A DNA stretch of 64,000 nt from the IMG/VR virus record IMGVR_UViG_3300028610_000246; one strand, given 5' to 3'. Shown piece by piece: positions 11,515-21,792 of this stretch (its first letter is position 1; every line of letters starts with the position of its first letter). The position numbers were made by a program, and so were the translations under genes. Source of the DNA: a virus. The notes beneath the pieces were generated by a model, which saw nothing but the letters and a program-made list of their open reading frames with translations, was not told the origin of the DNA and did no database searches.

Positions 11515-12084
11515 TTAAATCTGAAGGTATTCATAACCATAATCATATGCCACCTCAAAAAACTTATCAGAATCTATCGTCGATATAAATGGCGGCGAAC
11601 CTTTAATGCGCTTATTTAAATGAGGTAATCGACCAAATCTATCCGTATGTACGACTGGGAAGCCTTTTCGATTTTTGTATACTGAAGTCCACCACTGAAT
11701 AGCGGCTCCGACAAAATCTCCATCTTTCAAAAGGTCCATCCATAAACCAAATTCCGCAAGGTCCAAGATGTGTTTGTAAGTGAAACTACTTCTATCTACG
11801 TTCTTTAGTAATTCTGTAAGAGATATAACAGTCTTTATAGGATCACGAACAACTACTATGGTGAGATTGAATTTAGCATTAAGATTGTACGCATGTCGCC
11901 ACTCTACAGTACCATCTTTACCCGACTGTTCATGGCCAATATCTAGACCCTGATCTCTATAGTAAGTAGCTACAGACTTTGTTCCACTACGTGGACACCC
12001 AGTAAATAGGAGTGTACCAGTTTCTTGAGGTGGATAAGGCTCGTTCTCCATACCGTATCTATCCTGTTGGGGGCTTATGTTCAT
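11515..12084 (-). CDS. Sulfotransferase-family protein
   Basis: FTGCPRSGTK (5'-PSB loop) and VVVRDPIKTVIS (3'-PB motif). Confidence 0.65.
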   Translation of the reverse strand: MNISPQQDRYGMENEPYPPQETGTLLFTGCPRSGTKSVATYYRDQGLDIGHEQSGKDGTVEWRHAYNLNAKFNLTIVVVRDPIKTVISLTELLKNVDRSSFTYKHILDLAEFGLWMDLLKDGDFVGAAIQWWTSVYKNRKGFPVVHTDRFGRLPHLNKRIKGSPPFISTIDSDKFFEVAYDYGYEYLQI

Positions 12085-13273
12085 ATAACCAAGGTATCCA
12101 TTTATTACTACGCTTTAACATACATACCATCATAAATACTTGATACGGACGATATTTAACGTATTTTAAGGCGCTAGGCTCCACTCTTTGAATTTTTGGA
12201 AGTGTCTTACCCTGTCTCTTTAATCTAGTATACTGATTTTTATGCTCAGTACAATACGCACTAGATTTAGCCTTCGGAGCTGAGCCGCAATATGCACACA
12301 AACTTGATTTAGAGCTAGCCTCCATTTGCATGATACTATAACCTATCATCATTCTCAAGAATTTCTGATCCTAAAATTACATGATCACAGTTAGGACAAA
12401 AATAGAATTCAGTCATAATTCCTACATCCTTCTCTGCGGGCTGGTATTTCATAAGTTCGCCACATCCGGGACAATCCATACTTAGTCCTTAAACATCGGT
12501 TGTACGTAGTTGGTATAGATCATATGACAAACACCCACTATTAAAAAGGCTAAAGGTGCGTATATGTCGTCACTAATTCCATACGCTATGACCATTGCTA
12601 AGCCGCATATTATTGAATGTACGAACGTGTACATCGTCTTTGTTTTTATCATATTTTAGCTAGACTGATACTCTTCATAGTGAATAAGCTCTATCTCTAC
12701 TCCTACAGGCATATAATTATTGATCTTATACTGAGTATCGATAGGAACTAAGACCTTATACACATTAAAACCTGTTACCTTAGCATTAAGTGAATTATCA
12801 GCCCTTACTTGATTGTCTATACACTCACGTAAACTCTTATTTACACGCCAATATGCTATACTCGATGTAAAGAAGTGATATTTTTGAGTTGTCACCATCG
12901 TATTCCTGCACGCTTAGATAATTCGGCTGATAGACTAATACGTTTGGCTTTAAGTCCGGGTGGGACGTCTTTACCTAATGCCATCTCTGACATCAGTTCT
13001 GATAGACTAAGATACACTACTTGGTCATTAGAGAGAGTACTCAGTATTTCCTCATTCTCTTTAATTCTATCAATAAACGGATCACTTGACATATAATTTT
13101 TGCTCATAGTCACCGGGAGGAAATTTATCGGCCAACACTACTTGACCACGACCCAGACCCTGAGTCTGTAACGCTCTACTATGTCGTTTTGCTTCATTGT
13201 GGAATCTATGGTTAATTATTACTTCCTTACCAATATCTAAAATCCGTTTTTCGACTCTTATATATAATAACAT
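12059..13273 (-). CDS. Small hypothetical genes (12059-12358 Zn-finger-like, 12656-12898, 12892-13113, 13082-13273)
   Basis: Co-oriented ORFs; CxxC...CxxH in 12059-12358. Confidence 0.6.
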
Positions 13274-13456
13274 AGTAGCTCCGTAAATTCATGATCACTA
13301 GCTCAAATCAACACTGCTGGATAAGTAGAAGATTCACGACTGATGCAAGCCGCACAGTTTATTTCCAGCATGCACCCATTTCTAGCTTATGGGCTGTCAC
13401 ATGAGTCTACCCAGACCAAAGGGCATGTAACCGCATTCGATATTTAACATGTATAT

Positions 13457-13485
13457 ATTCTACCATGAAATAGTATGAATGTATA
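13457..13485 (-). promoter_or_regulatory. Promoter TATACA-17-TAGAAT
   Basis: Just downstream of the endolysin stop, facing the next leftward genes. Confidence 0.7.
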
Positions 13486-13493
13486 CTGAATCT

Positions 13494-13964
13494 TTAAATG
13501 AGGCCTTCTATGGGATGTAGACCTGGAATATATATTGTGGCACCCGCTTGAGATCTATAGGCTGTAAGTTCTTCTAGGCGAATAGTCTGGTCATCCCAAC
13601 GAATACCGCAATGTACCCAAGAGCCAAGTTCATGGATAACTTGATCATATGGAAGGTTCATTGACTCAATTAATTTGGCTAATTCTAGAGGTGTAACTTT
13701 GTTACATCTCATATCGGCCGCACATCCAAATCGATGGGCCGACGTCTTCGATCCACCTATTAATGTATTTAGCAGTTCTGGACGAAAGCCAGACGTTATT
13801 GTAATAGGAGAGTCTAATTTTGTTCTTAATGGTTGGACTATTGTCTCTACTAGACGAATGATATTATTTTGGATATGTAGGGGTGGCGTCATATCGATAC
13901 CATTACGTACTGCAGTTTGTGACACCAAAAACTCTTCTAACTTGAAGTTCGTGCTTATAAGCAT
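13494..13964 (-). CDS. Peptidase M15A-family endolysin
   Basis: ITSGFR...GGSKTSAHRFGCAADM...WVH Zn-binding His/Asp/His pattern. Confidence 0.85.
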   Translation of the reverse strand: MLISTNFKLEEFLVSQTAVRNGIDMTPPLHIQNNIIRLVETIVQPLRTKLDSPITITSGFRPELLNTLIGGSKTSAHRFGCAADMRCNKVTPLELAKLIESMNLPYDQVIHELGSWVHCGIRWDDQTIRLEELTAYRSQAGATIYIPGLHPIEGLI

Positions 13965-13974
13965 GGTTAAACTC

Positions 13975-14376
13975 CTATAGAGCTAAGTCAAAACCATTGA
14001 TACCTTTAAATCGTAGTCTACCTGATACGAATGTTATGTCGTAATTAATCTTGTCGAACAGGTCATTCCATATAGGCTGCTCGTCTTCTTTTACATATAT
14101 TGTATTATCGGAGTGGTCGATTATGAATTGGCATAGACCCTTAGCCGTAATATAGTCTATATATCGAACTTCGTTGGGCAGCCTTGAGCAGTCGTGATCT
14201 TCGACGTGAATCAAAAAACCTTTACCTTCTGTAGTTGGAACTATCTGAAGGTCCAAAAGGTCCTCTTTAATTGGGTTTATGTTTCGAACGTAAAAAAATC
14301 CGAGAGGTCTTTTCTCACCGTTTAACCTAAGATAGGTTGCAACTCGGAAGAAACTGGCGGTTCTATATGCGCCCAT
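13975..14376 (-). CDS. Hypothetical protein
   Basis: First ORF of the leftward block, behind the promoter at 14386-14414. Confidence 0.6.
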   Translation of the reverse strand: MGAYRTASFFRVATYLRLNGEKRPLGFFYVRNINPIKEDLLDLQIVPTTEGKGFLIHVEDHDCSRLPNEVRYIDYITAKGLCQFIIDHSDNTIYVKEDEQPIWNDLFDKINYDITFVSGRLRFKGINGFDLAL

Positions 14377-14385
14377 AATAGACCC

Positions 14386-14414
14386 ATTATACTACGAGTA
14401 AAATCATAAGTACA
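14386..14414 (-). promoter_or_regulatory. Promoter TGTACT-17-TATAAT
   Basis: In the divergent intergenic gap. Confidence 0.65.
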
Positions 14415-14570
14415 TCGGATCCTTAAAGGAATTGAAGTCCCTTAAGGATTCAGTTTACTTTCGTGTAATTTTACAGTAGAATTATCTATAGTAGTTAGTT
14501 GGTGGGTCGCGTTTTCGTGTCGTCTCAGCGAATTATCTACGACATTGTAAAAGTTCCCTACTTTTATCAA

Positions 14571-14617
14571 TGAGTGTTGAAGCACCGGACGCTAATACGT
14601 CCGGTGCTTTTTACTCA
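14571..14617. other. Perfect 12-bp inverted repeat
   Basis: AAGCACCGGACG-ctaata-CGTCCGGTGCTT (14580-14609), flanked by TGAGT/ACTCA. Confidence 0.85.
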
Positions 14618-14655
14618 TAGGGATCTAAACACTCAGTACAATAAAACGGTAGGGG

Positions 14656-16863
14656 ATGTACGATGTTTCGATCACAATCAGGTCTCGGAGTCCAAGTGTG
14701 ACAGTCTTAGATGCCGCACTGATGTTCTCAGAGAGGGGTTATTCAGTATTCCCCGTCCATGATAAGAATCCTCAATTAAAAAAGTGGCCCGATCGGGCTA
14801 CTACAGACTCTAAACAGATAAAGACCTGGTTTGATGGCAAATATAAGTACTGCAATGGATTCGGCGTATGTCCCAAGAAACAATGCTTAATAATAGACAT
14901 TGATGTTAAAGAGGGAAAAGGTGGTAAACAATCTTTAACAATTTTACGTGAAAAATTCGGCCTAAATATAAAGACTCTAGCAGTTAAGACTAAGAATAAC
15001 GGCCTGCATCTCTACTATAATTATCCCAATCTAGCTGACAATAAATATATAATGTCCATCACTAATTGGATGGATTTAGACGGTATAGATATACGTGGAA
15101 CTAGAGGCTTTGTAGTCGGACCTACATCCTTAAATGGCTATAAACTCATTCAAAATATGCCTATGGTAGACATAGGTCAGTTACTAGATAAGTTACCTAT
15201 CGGTAATATAGTTAAAGAACAAGTAAATACTCAGAGTGCCGAAACACTCATTGATCAGTCAGAAGTATCTTCATTACGTGGTACTATTCCTGAAGTAATC
15301 GAGTCTGGTGAGAGACACGATACTCTTATAAGGCTGATGGCTTCATGGGCCCGTAAGGTATCATATGATAATGCGGTTATTCTCTTAGAAGTAGCAGTCT
15401 CAAGGTGTGAAGGTAGTGATATACGATTACAAGACTACTTACCTCGATTAGATCAAGCATTCGAGAAATTCAAGCCAATGATAGAAAATCGGCTTGACTG
15501 GATGCTAGATAATCTCACACTAATAGAGTCTGGGCCTCGTGTATTCGATTCATCTAAACCAGCTAATGTATCGGTTTCGAAATTGATAGAGTGTCGTACA
15601 GCATTCGCTAATTGGATGATTTGGGAGGAGAAGGCCGACGGTTCGCAAAAGCCAGTTGCCGCATTTGATAGATGGATTAAGCACGTAGATCGAAAGACTG
15701 AGGGCTTTGTGGGTTATAAGCCAGTGAGTGATACAGTGTACTTCGATAATGTGTTGGGTACTGATGTAGTGAATATCTACAGAGGTCCAGAACACGTGAT
15801 GGTTGAAAAACCAGTATCTATAGACCCGTTTCTTGAGTTTATGAACTATTTACTCGAAGAAGACTCTAATATCATGTTAGATTGGATGGCTCATCTAGTT
15901 CAGAAACCATATATTAAGTTAATGTGGGCCCCAGTACTTGTATCTACACATGAAGGCTTGGGTAAGAACTTTTTATTCAACATAGTATCTCATATGATAG
16001 GACATTGGAATGCAAAGAACGTATCTGCCGGATTATTTAATAAGACTTTTAATATGTTCTTAACTTCGGCTGTCTTAATACTAATTAATGAGTTGGAAGA
16101 AGTAGACTCTCGTAAGAGATATGAGATAGTATCCAAGTTAAAGAGCTATATAACAGAGAGTGCTCAGACTGTAGAGCCCAAGGGCGTAGACGCATATTCT
16201 ACCGAAGTATTCTCTAATTTCGTCTTATTCTCTAATAGAGAAGATGCATTGCACGTAAAGACAGATTCTAGAAGATTTTTTGTTCATATTAATAATCAAA
16301 ATCCAAATCCTGAAGCTTACTATACAAAGTTATATGGGTGGTTGCAAGATGGGGGTTATGACTCAGTATTTAATTTATTAGCACAAAGAAATATAAAGGA
16401 ATTTAAATATGCCGGTAGAGCACCTCATACGACTAGTATGGATGTGATGGTAGAGGCCGGTCGCAGTAACGAAGAAGGCACAATAATAGAGGCTGTAGAT
16501 AATGAGTTTAGTATATTTGCGTCAGATCTTGTTACAAAAGACTCACTAGAATTCTTTATTCGTAATCATGTATTTAAGGGTCACGCAGTATCTGGCGGCC
16601 ATTTAAAGCAATTGATACGAAATTTATTTCAGTCCATTAGAATGAAGACTGGAGGTAGACGGGGTCGACAGATATATGTGCCGAAGATAGCTGAGGGCAG
16701 TGATCAAACCATAATTATAGAGGGCTTAAATATTAAACAAATTCTATACACGTGCCGAAATCATAACACGTATGACGATAGTACTAGTGGAGAGATACAG
16801 AGTGAGTACTACAAGATATTTCAAGCTAATAAATCGGAAACAGCCCTAAAGGTGGTGAAATGA
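14656..16863 (+). CDS. Bifunctional primase-polymerase with C-terminal helicase-like (DUF5906/NrS-1 type) domain
   Basis: IIDIDVK, TKNNGLHLYY and IDIRG..GFVVGP AEP motifs; RHDTL PriCT-like segment; GLGKNFL Walker A and LINELEE Walker B. Confidence 0.85.
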   Translation: MYDVSITIRSRSPSVTVLDAALMFSERGYSVFPVHDKNPQLKKWPDRATTDSKQIKTWFDGKYKYCNGFGVCPKKQCLIIDIDVKEGKGGKQSLTILREKFGLNIKTLAVKTKNNGLHLYYNYPNLADNKYIMSITNWMDLDGIDIRGTRGFVVGPTSLNGYKLIQNMPMVDIGQLLDKLPIGNIVKEQVNTQSAETLIDQSEVSSLRGTIPEVIESGERHDTLIRLMASWARKVSYDNAVILLEVAVSRCEGSDIRLQDYLPRLDQAFEKFKPMIENRLDWMLDNLTLIESGPRVFDSSKPANVSVSKLIECRTAFANWMIWEEKADGSQKPVAAFDRWIKHVDRKTEGFVGYKPVSDTVYFDNVLGTDVVNIYRGPEHVMVEKPVSIDPFLEFMNYLLEEDSNIMLDWMAHLVQKPYIKLMWAPVLVSTHEGLGKNFLFNIVSHMIGHWNAKNVSAGLFNKTFNMFLTSAVLILINELEEVDSRKRYEIVSKLKSYITESAQTVEPKGVDAYSTEVFSNFVLFSNREDALHVKTDSRRFFVHINNQNPNPEAYYTKLYGWLQDGGYDSVFNLLAQRNIKEFKYAGRAPHTTSMDVMVEAGRSNEEGTIIEAVDNEFSIFASDLVTKDSLEFFIRNHVFKGHAVSGGHLKQLIRNLFQSIRMKTGGRRGRQIYVPKIAEGSDQTIIIEGLNIKQILYTCRNHNTYDDSTSGEIQSEYYKIFQANKSETALKVVK

Positions 16864-17666
16864 GGCCTATAAAGACAAAGGAAATGAAACATGTATTACT
16901 GGCTGCACCTGGAGATGAGCACCGTGTTCAAGCACTGCCCATCAAAAGGTCCAATAACGGTGTATCTTCGTGTTGGAAAATGTCGTTTAAAGAGAGGGTA
17001 ATAGCTCTATTTACGGGTAAAATTTGGTTTGAATGTTTGGGTAAAACTCACCCACCCATTAAATTACGAGTATAAAGAAACTTTCCTGTAGGATTCAGTG
17101 TACTTATAGACTAACTTACGGTATAATAGTATGATGGATAAAACTGTACTTGCGAGCATCAGGCAAGATTCGTTGTCTAAGCACGCCGGAGCTATCAAGA
17201 AATATGGAGATAAACATTTAGATAGCTGTATACAGATCGTTATCAATAGACCCATAGACAGTAGACAAGTTAAGGTGGTATTTGAGGAGGGTGACGGATT
17301 TGGGCACGGTGTTAACGTGCCGCCAGACTGGCTAACAGAAGACCATATTCCTAAAGACAGAGTACCATGTCCTAGATGCGGTGGTGCCGGCAAACTAATA
17401 TTAAATGGTGTTGATTGTACAGAATGTAGAGGTACTGGTAAAATAGTTAAAGAATCTACAGAAAAGGTAATTTTACAGTGACACACTTAAAAGAAATTAA
17501 GTCCGAAGTAGACGAAATAGAGACATTTCTATTAGAAGCACTTAATGGCTTTCAAGAGCGCCATTCCAACTTACAAATAAATGGTGTAACTGTAGATCAC
17601 GTACAAGAATTTGGTTGTGAACGACAAGAAATCTTTATGGTAAAACTCGATATATCATTGATATGA
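16860..17666 (+). CDS. Three small genes (16860-17075, 17131-17481 with CxxCxGxG Zn finger, 17478-17666)
   Basis: CPRCGGAGK...CTECRGTGK DnaJ-type repeats. Confidence 0.65.
17099..17127 (+). promoter_or_regulatory. Promoter TGTACT-17-TATAAT
   Basis: Ends 3 nt before the ATG at 17131, so possibly a leaderless transcript. Confidence 0.6.
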
Positions 17667-19507
17667 TGGATTTTTACGCACTTGATATTGAAACTGCTTC
17701 TAATGTGAAGGGTAAAGAATTCGCATTAGAAGCCTGTAGATATACTACCGGTGAGGCTAAGATAACTTCAATAGCCATATCTGGGCCTGACGGATATTTT
17801 AGACAATTAGATGAACGATCAAATAATATGGACGATGTATCAGCCTTACTCTCTTATCTTAAGGGTAAGTCAGTATTCGCTCATAGAGCAGTATTTGATG
17901 TAGGCTGGTTAATAGCTGCATCTAGATACGAATTACTCCTGAATATTAAGTGGAGAGACACTGCTTTACTAGCTAAGTGGATATCTAATGGACAGGTTGC
18001 AGCTAAAAACCATATGAGCTATTCTCTTAGAGCAATTACTCAAAAATATGTAATGGAACATCCAGAATTACAGGATTTTCTCGACTTAAAGCGGGACGAA
18101 GTAACCGCCGGTGAAGACTACGAATATTGGTTAAAGCGTGGTAGCATGGATGCTACGTTTACTAGACTAATAGCTTTAGAAATGTGGAATTTATTACCTA
18201 AAGAACAGCGTGCTGGATATGTGTATGAGCAAGCTAACATAGTTCCAGTAGCTAATGCCTGGTTACAGGGTTTACACGTTAATAGTGAGAAAACACTAGA
18301 ATTAAAGCCTAGATTTAGTGCGTTTAAAAAGAAATTAGCTAAGGATATAGGTCAGACAGAGGCATGTTTAAGTTCACCTCAACAACTATCTCACTTATTA
18401 TTTAACGTCAAGAAATTTCCAGTACAAGGCAGAACTGCTAAGGGAAAACCCAGTACAGCGAAAGATAATCTTCTCTTATTAGAGGATAAATTATCAGGAA
18501 CTGAGGATGGTGAATTTTTTAGGACTATTCTTAATTTCAAATTATTGGCAACTATAGAATCAAAGTTCATTAATGGAATTAATAATAGTGTTGAGTATAA
18601 CGGATCTAATTTTACTCATGCTTTTCCTAATATCTTCGGAACATATACAGGTCGATTTACGTACGTAGCTAAAACTAAAAAGGTCCATGCAAGTGGCATT
18701 GCTAATCATCAACTACCTAGAAAAGGTCCAATACGAAAATTATTGAACGCACCTGAAGGATATGTAGTATGTGAATTAGACGGTGAGCAACAAGAACTCA
18801 GATTTGTAGGACAAATATCTGGTGATACAAATTTAATTACAGATTTTAATAGTGGTATAGACGTACACTCATCAATGACATCGTTTATATCATCTATACC
18901 ATATGAAGAGTTATTAGAGTTATTAGCGGCGGAAGATCCTAATGCAGTTAATTATCGTTATGCTGGTAAACTTCTCAACCTATCATGTCAATATCGTATA
19001 GGAGCTAAAGCCCTAAAATACAAATTTTTTACGACGTACGGAATTAACATTACTAAGGGTCAAGCGTATCAATATTTAGGCATGTATAAGAGACGATATC
19101 CTGGTATTAGAACGTATTGGGATGATGCCATATTATCAGCTAAACAATTGGGTTATGCTGAATCTATAAGTGGCCGACGATATGGATTGAAATTTTGGGG
19201 CGGCAGTGCTGAGTACATGACTGAACAATCTGCAATTAATTTTCCTATTCAAGGTAGTGGCGGTGATCATAAGAACGCCGCTATCTCTATTACAGCACGT
19301 AAATTTCCTGAAGCCATATTTACTCTTGATCTTCATGACGGTATATGGTATTATTTACCTGAAAAGAATGCTAAAGAATTAGCACTCGATATGAAGAATG
19401 AATTGAATCGTACAAACTGGTCTAGATTGTGGAATAGAGATATTAAATTACCATTACCTTTTGGAGTAAAAATCGGACCTACATTCGGCGAGGTTAAATC
19501 GATATGA
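17663..19507 (+). CDS. polA: Family A DNA polymerase with 3'-5' exonuclease
   Basis: LDIET ExoI, HRAVFD ExoII, TYTGRF, motif A LDGEQQELR, motif B RYAGKLLNLSCQY, motif C LHDG. Confidence 0.9.
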   Translation: MMDFYALDIETASNVKGKEFALEACRYTTGEAKITSIAISGPDGYFRQLDERSNNMDDVSALLSYLKGKSVFAHRAVFDVGWLIAASRYELLLNIKWRDTALLAKWISNGQVAAKNHMSYSLRAITQKYVMEHPELQDFLDLKRDEVTAGEDYEYWLKRGSMDATFTRLIALEMWNLLPKEQRAGYVYEQANIVPVANAWLQGLHVNSEKTLELKPRFSAFKKKLAKDIGQTEACLSSPQQLSHLLFNVKKFPVQGRTAKGKPSTAKDNLLLLEDKLSGTEDGEFFRTILNFKLLATIESKFINGINNSVEYNGSNFTHAFPNIFGTYTGRFTYVAKTKKVHASGIANHQLPRKGPIRKLLNAPEGYVVCELDGEQQELRFVGQISGDTNLITDFNSGIDVHSSMTSFISSIPYEELLELLAAEDPNAVNYRYAGKLLNLSCQYRIGAKALKYKFFTTYGINITKGQAYQYLGMYKRRYPGIRTYWDDAILSAKQLGYAESISGRRYGLKFWGGSAEYMTEQSAINFPIQGSGGDHKNAAISITARKFPEAIFTLDLHDGIWYYLPEKNAKELALDMKNELNRTNWSRLWNRDIKLPLPFGVKIGPTFGEVKSI

Positions 19508-19698
19508 AAAAATTGATAATAATCAGTTTATTGTTTTTATTGGTGGCGTGTTCCTCCATGACTGAGCAACCAAGTTATGCGCAACAATCAGAGTCATTTA
19601 GGATATATGACGAAAACGGTGATTTTGCTGGTCATATAGACGGGACGTATCGAGTATATGATAGAGAAGGCAATTTTATTGGGATGATACGTAGATGA
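19504..19698 (+). CDS. Small lipoprotein
   Basis: MKK, hydrophobic stretch, LVAC lipobox. Confidence 0.65.
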   Translation: MKKLIIISLLFLLVACSSMTEQPSYAQQSESFRIYDENGDFAGHIDGTYRVYDREGNFIGMIRR

Positions 19699-19807
19699 GA
19701 CCATGTAAGACTATCGCATGTAAGCGTAAATCCAATAGAAATCGTATTAAATATCGTAAAAATAAAGAGCCGAAATATTTTTGTGCTCATTGCGGAAGGA
19801 AATTATA

Positions 19808-20497
19808 ATGGGACGAATAGCTTTATCATATAGTAGACTCAATACGTACAATAGTTGTGCGAGAAAGTTTAAACTCCAGTACTTGGATAAAGCTTTTCCA
19901 GATGATAGCGATAATCCCAACTTCGTTAGAGGAAATCGTGTACATGGTCAATTAGAGTCCTATGTAATGTGGTTAAATTCTGGTAAGATAACAGAAAAAC
20001 CTAAAATGTGTAATGAGGCTAAGAATGCCATTCCTATTATAGACAGGGTATATGAATCTTATACCACCGTACTACCTGAACAACAACTAGCCATTGATGA
20101 TCGATGGAAGAAGACGGGTTGGTTCGCTGCGAACGTGTATCTTAGAGCTATACTGGACGTCATAGCATTTGCGCCTAGACGTGGTTTAATATTGGATTAT
20201 AAGACTGGTAAGGTCCGGGACTATGATGGATATGGTGGACAGTTGCACTTAAATGCTGCCATGTTATTCGCCATAGAGCCAGAACTTGATGTTATAGATG
20301 TTGCGTATCTATTTGTAGATCATAAACAGACTATACGAGTTAAGTTCGATAGAGGTCAGTACCAAGAATTCAGAGATCACTTTAACGAGAAGCATCTAAA
20401 AGTGAATTCAGAGACAGAGTGGGCGCCCACTATAAATCAGTATTGCAAGTGGTGCCCAGCTACACGAGATCAATGTGAATTTAGTAAGCAACTGTAG
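19808..20497 (+). CDS. PD-(D/E)XK (Cas4/RecB-like) exonuclease
   Basis: LSYSRL...C, LDYKTGK, QL, CKWCP..C; likely start is MGRIALS at 19808. Confidence 0.85.
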   Translation: MGRIALSYSRLNTYNSCARKFKLQYLDKAFPDDSDNPNFVRGNRVHGQLESYVMWLNSGKITEKPKMCNEAKNAIPIIDRVYESYTTVLPEQQLAIDDRWKKTGWFAANVYLRAILDVIAFAPRRGLILDYKTGKVRDYDGYGGQLHLNAAMLFAIEPELDVIDVAYLFVDHKQTIRVKFDRGQYQEFRDHFNEKHLKVNSETEWAPTINQYCKWCPATRDQCEFSKQL

Positions 20498-20511
20498 AGG
20501 AAGAAGAACAA

Positions 20512-20829
20512 ATGCCAACTCCAGAAGGTGCAGTTAAGAATTGGATTAAGAAGGAGATCCTCAGTAAATATCCTAACTCTTACATATACGTAACACATGT
20601 AGGACAGTATGGTAAAAGAGGCGTTCCTGACTTAGTCATGTGTATTAAGGGTTTATTCGTAACTGTCGAAGTTAAAACTCTTAATGGTAAAGTAACCGAG
20701 TTACAGGCTCTTGAGTGCAGACGTATTGAAAAAGCTGGCGGCATTGCTATAGTGATATACGGACGCAATCAAGATCAATTAGAACAATTATATGAGATGA
20801 TAGAAGCAGTATTAGATCTATGTCAGTAA
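20512..20829 (+). CDS. VRR-NUC domain nuclease
   Basis: GVPDL, VEVK, Q......IEKAGG. Confidence 0.85.
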   Translation: MPTPEGAVKNWIKKEILSKYPNSYIYVTHVGQYGKRGVPDLVMCIKGLFVTVEVKTLNGKVTELQALECRRIEKAGGIAIVIYGRNQDQLEQLYEMIEAVLDLCQ

Positions 20830-21038
20830 CTGCTACAATAACTGAGGGCGAATTAAAACGCCTTACTTATGCGGGGCATGAGTATATTTATAGGGTAGAC
20901 CGATACGATTTATGGCGGGATTATTACGCATTAATAATAATCGGTGGACCCTATAGAGTACGTGCCGTAACGACGTGCAGAAAATCTTCAGTCAAGAAAA
21001 ATTTGATGAAGATAATACAATCGTTAAGTCACAAATGA
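20820..21038 (+). CDS. Hypothetical protein
   Basis: Abutting ORF. Confidence 0.55.
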   Translation: MSVTATITEGELKRLTYAGHEYIYRVDRYDLWRDYYALIIIGGPYRVRAVTTCRKSSVKKNLMKIIQSLSHK

Positions 21039-21047
21039 GGAACCGCT

Positions 21048-21350
21048 ATGAGTACATCAGGAATTGCTATGAACATGTCATTCATTGCATGGACCATAGG
21101 TCTATTGCTTTTAGGCAATTTAACACACGTAGTAAAGAAGGTAGTGGAGGTTAGACAGATTAATGGAACGTTTAGTTTATGGAAATATCTATCCATGTAT
21201 CCGTACAAGACGTTTCTAATAGTTATGGCAGGAGTTGGAGGATATTTAGGATTGATGTCTGCTGGAGAATTAACATATGTCACGTCATTTATGGCTGGAT
21301 TTATGGCTAATTCTCTTGGCGGTATTGACGCAGATAAGGCTAAGAAATAA
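21048..21350 (+). CDS. Putative holin (three TM segments)
   Basis: Three hydrophobic segments, basic C-terminus, possible dual start, near the spanin-like pair. Confidence 0.5.
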   Translation: MSTSGIAMNMSFIAWTIGLLLLGNLTHVVKKVVEVRQINGTFSLWKYLSMYPYKTFLIVMAGVGGYLGLMSAGELTYVTSFMAGFMANSLGGIDADKAKK

Positions 21351-21355
21351 GAGTT

Positions 21356-21520
21356 AGTTCAATGAGTCGTAGTGCCGTCCGAAAAGACAACGGATAGCGG
21401 TTACATGTGCTGAAAGTCGGAGATTGCACCCGACCCGGCTCATTGGGCTTTTAAGAACTTGGGAGCGGGTCGCAATCGCCTACCAGCGAAAGTCGTTCAC
21501 CCTGACGCGACTCGTTCCCA
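21356..21520 (+). ncRNA. Candidate structured RNA, two domains
   Basis: 14-bp closing stem (21356-69/21436-49) with inner hairpin and possible pseudoknot; 13-bp stem (21461-73/21507-19); G-U pairs fit the + strand. Confidence 0.5.
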
Positions 21521-21554
21521 TTTAATTTAAAGTAATTGATAAAAAGAGAGTATT

Positions 21555-21773
21555 ATGAGTATTATAAGTAAGATTGGATATACTCCAAGACAGGCTGCAT
21601 ATGCTATTACTATTCAAGGAATTGCTAATGCAACGGTTTGTCCTAATGAGCATCTAACTGGTGGCGATGATTTAACCCCTAATGAATTAAAGCAAGTTAC
21701 AATCCAATTAACCAAACTCCATAATCAATTGCTCAATAAATCTGGATTAGATGGTGTAGAAATAACATGTTAA
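21555..21773 (+). CDS. Hypothetical protein
   Basis: ORF with RBS. Confidence 0.6.
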   Translation: MSIISKIGYTPRQAAYAITIQGIANATVCPNEHLTGGDDLTPNELKQVTIQLTKLHNQLLNKSGLDGVEITC

Positions 21774-21792
21774 TTAAACAGAGTATTTTAAT

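Noticed and set aside
21461-21520. tRNA gene (ends in CCCA)
   Set aside because: Only 60 nt, with no D, anticodon or T-arm cloverleaf and no TTC loop; kept only as an ncRNA candidate
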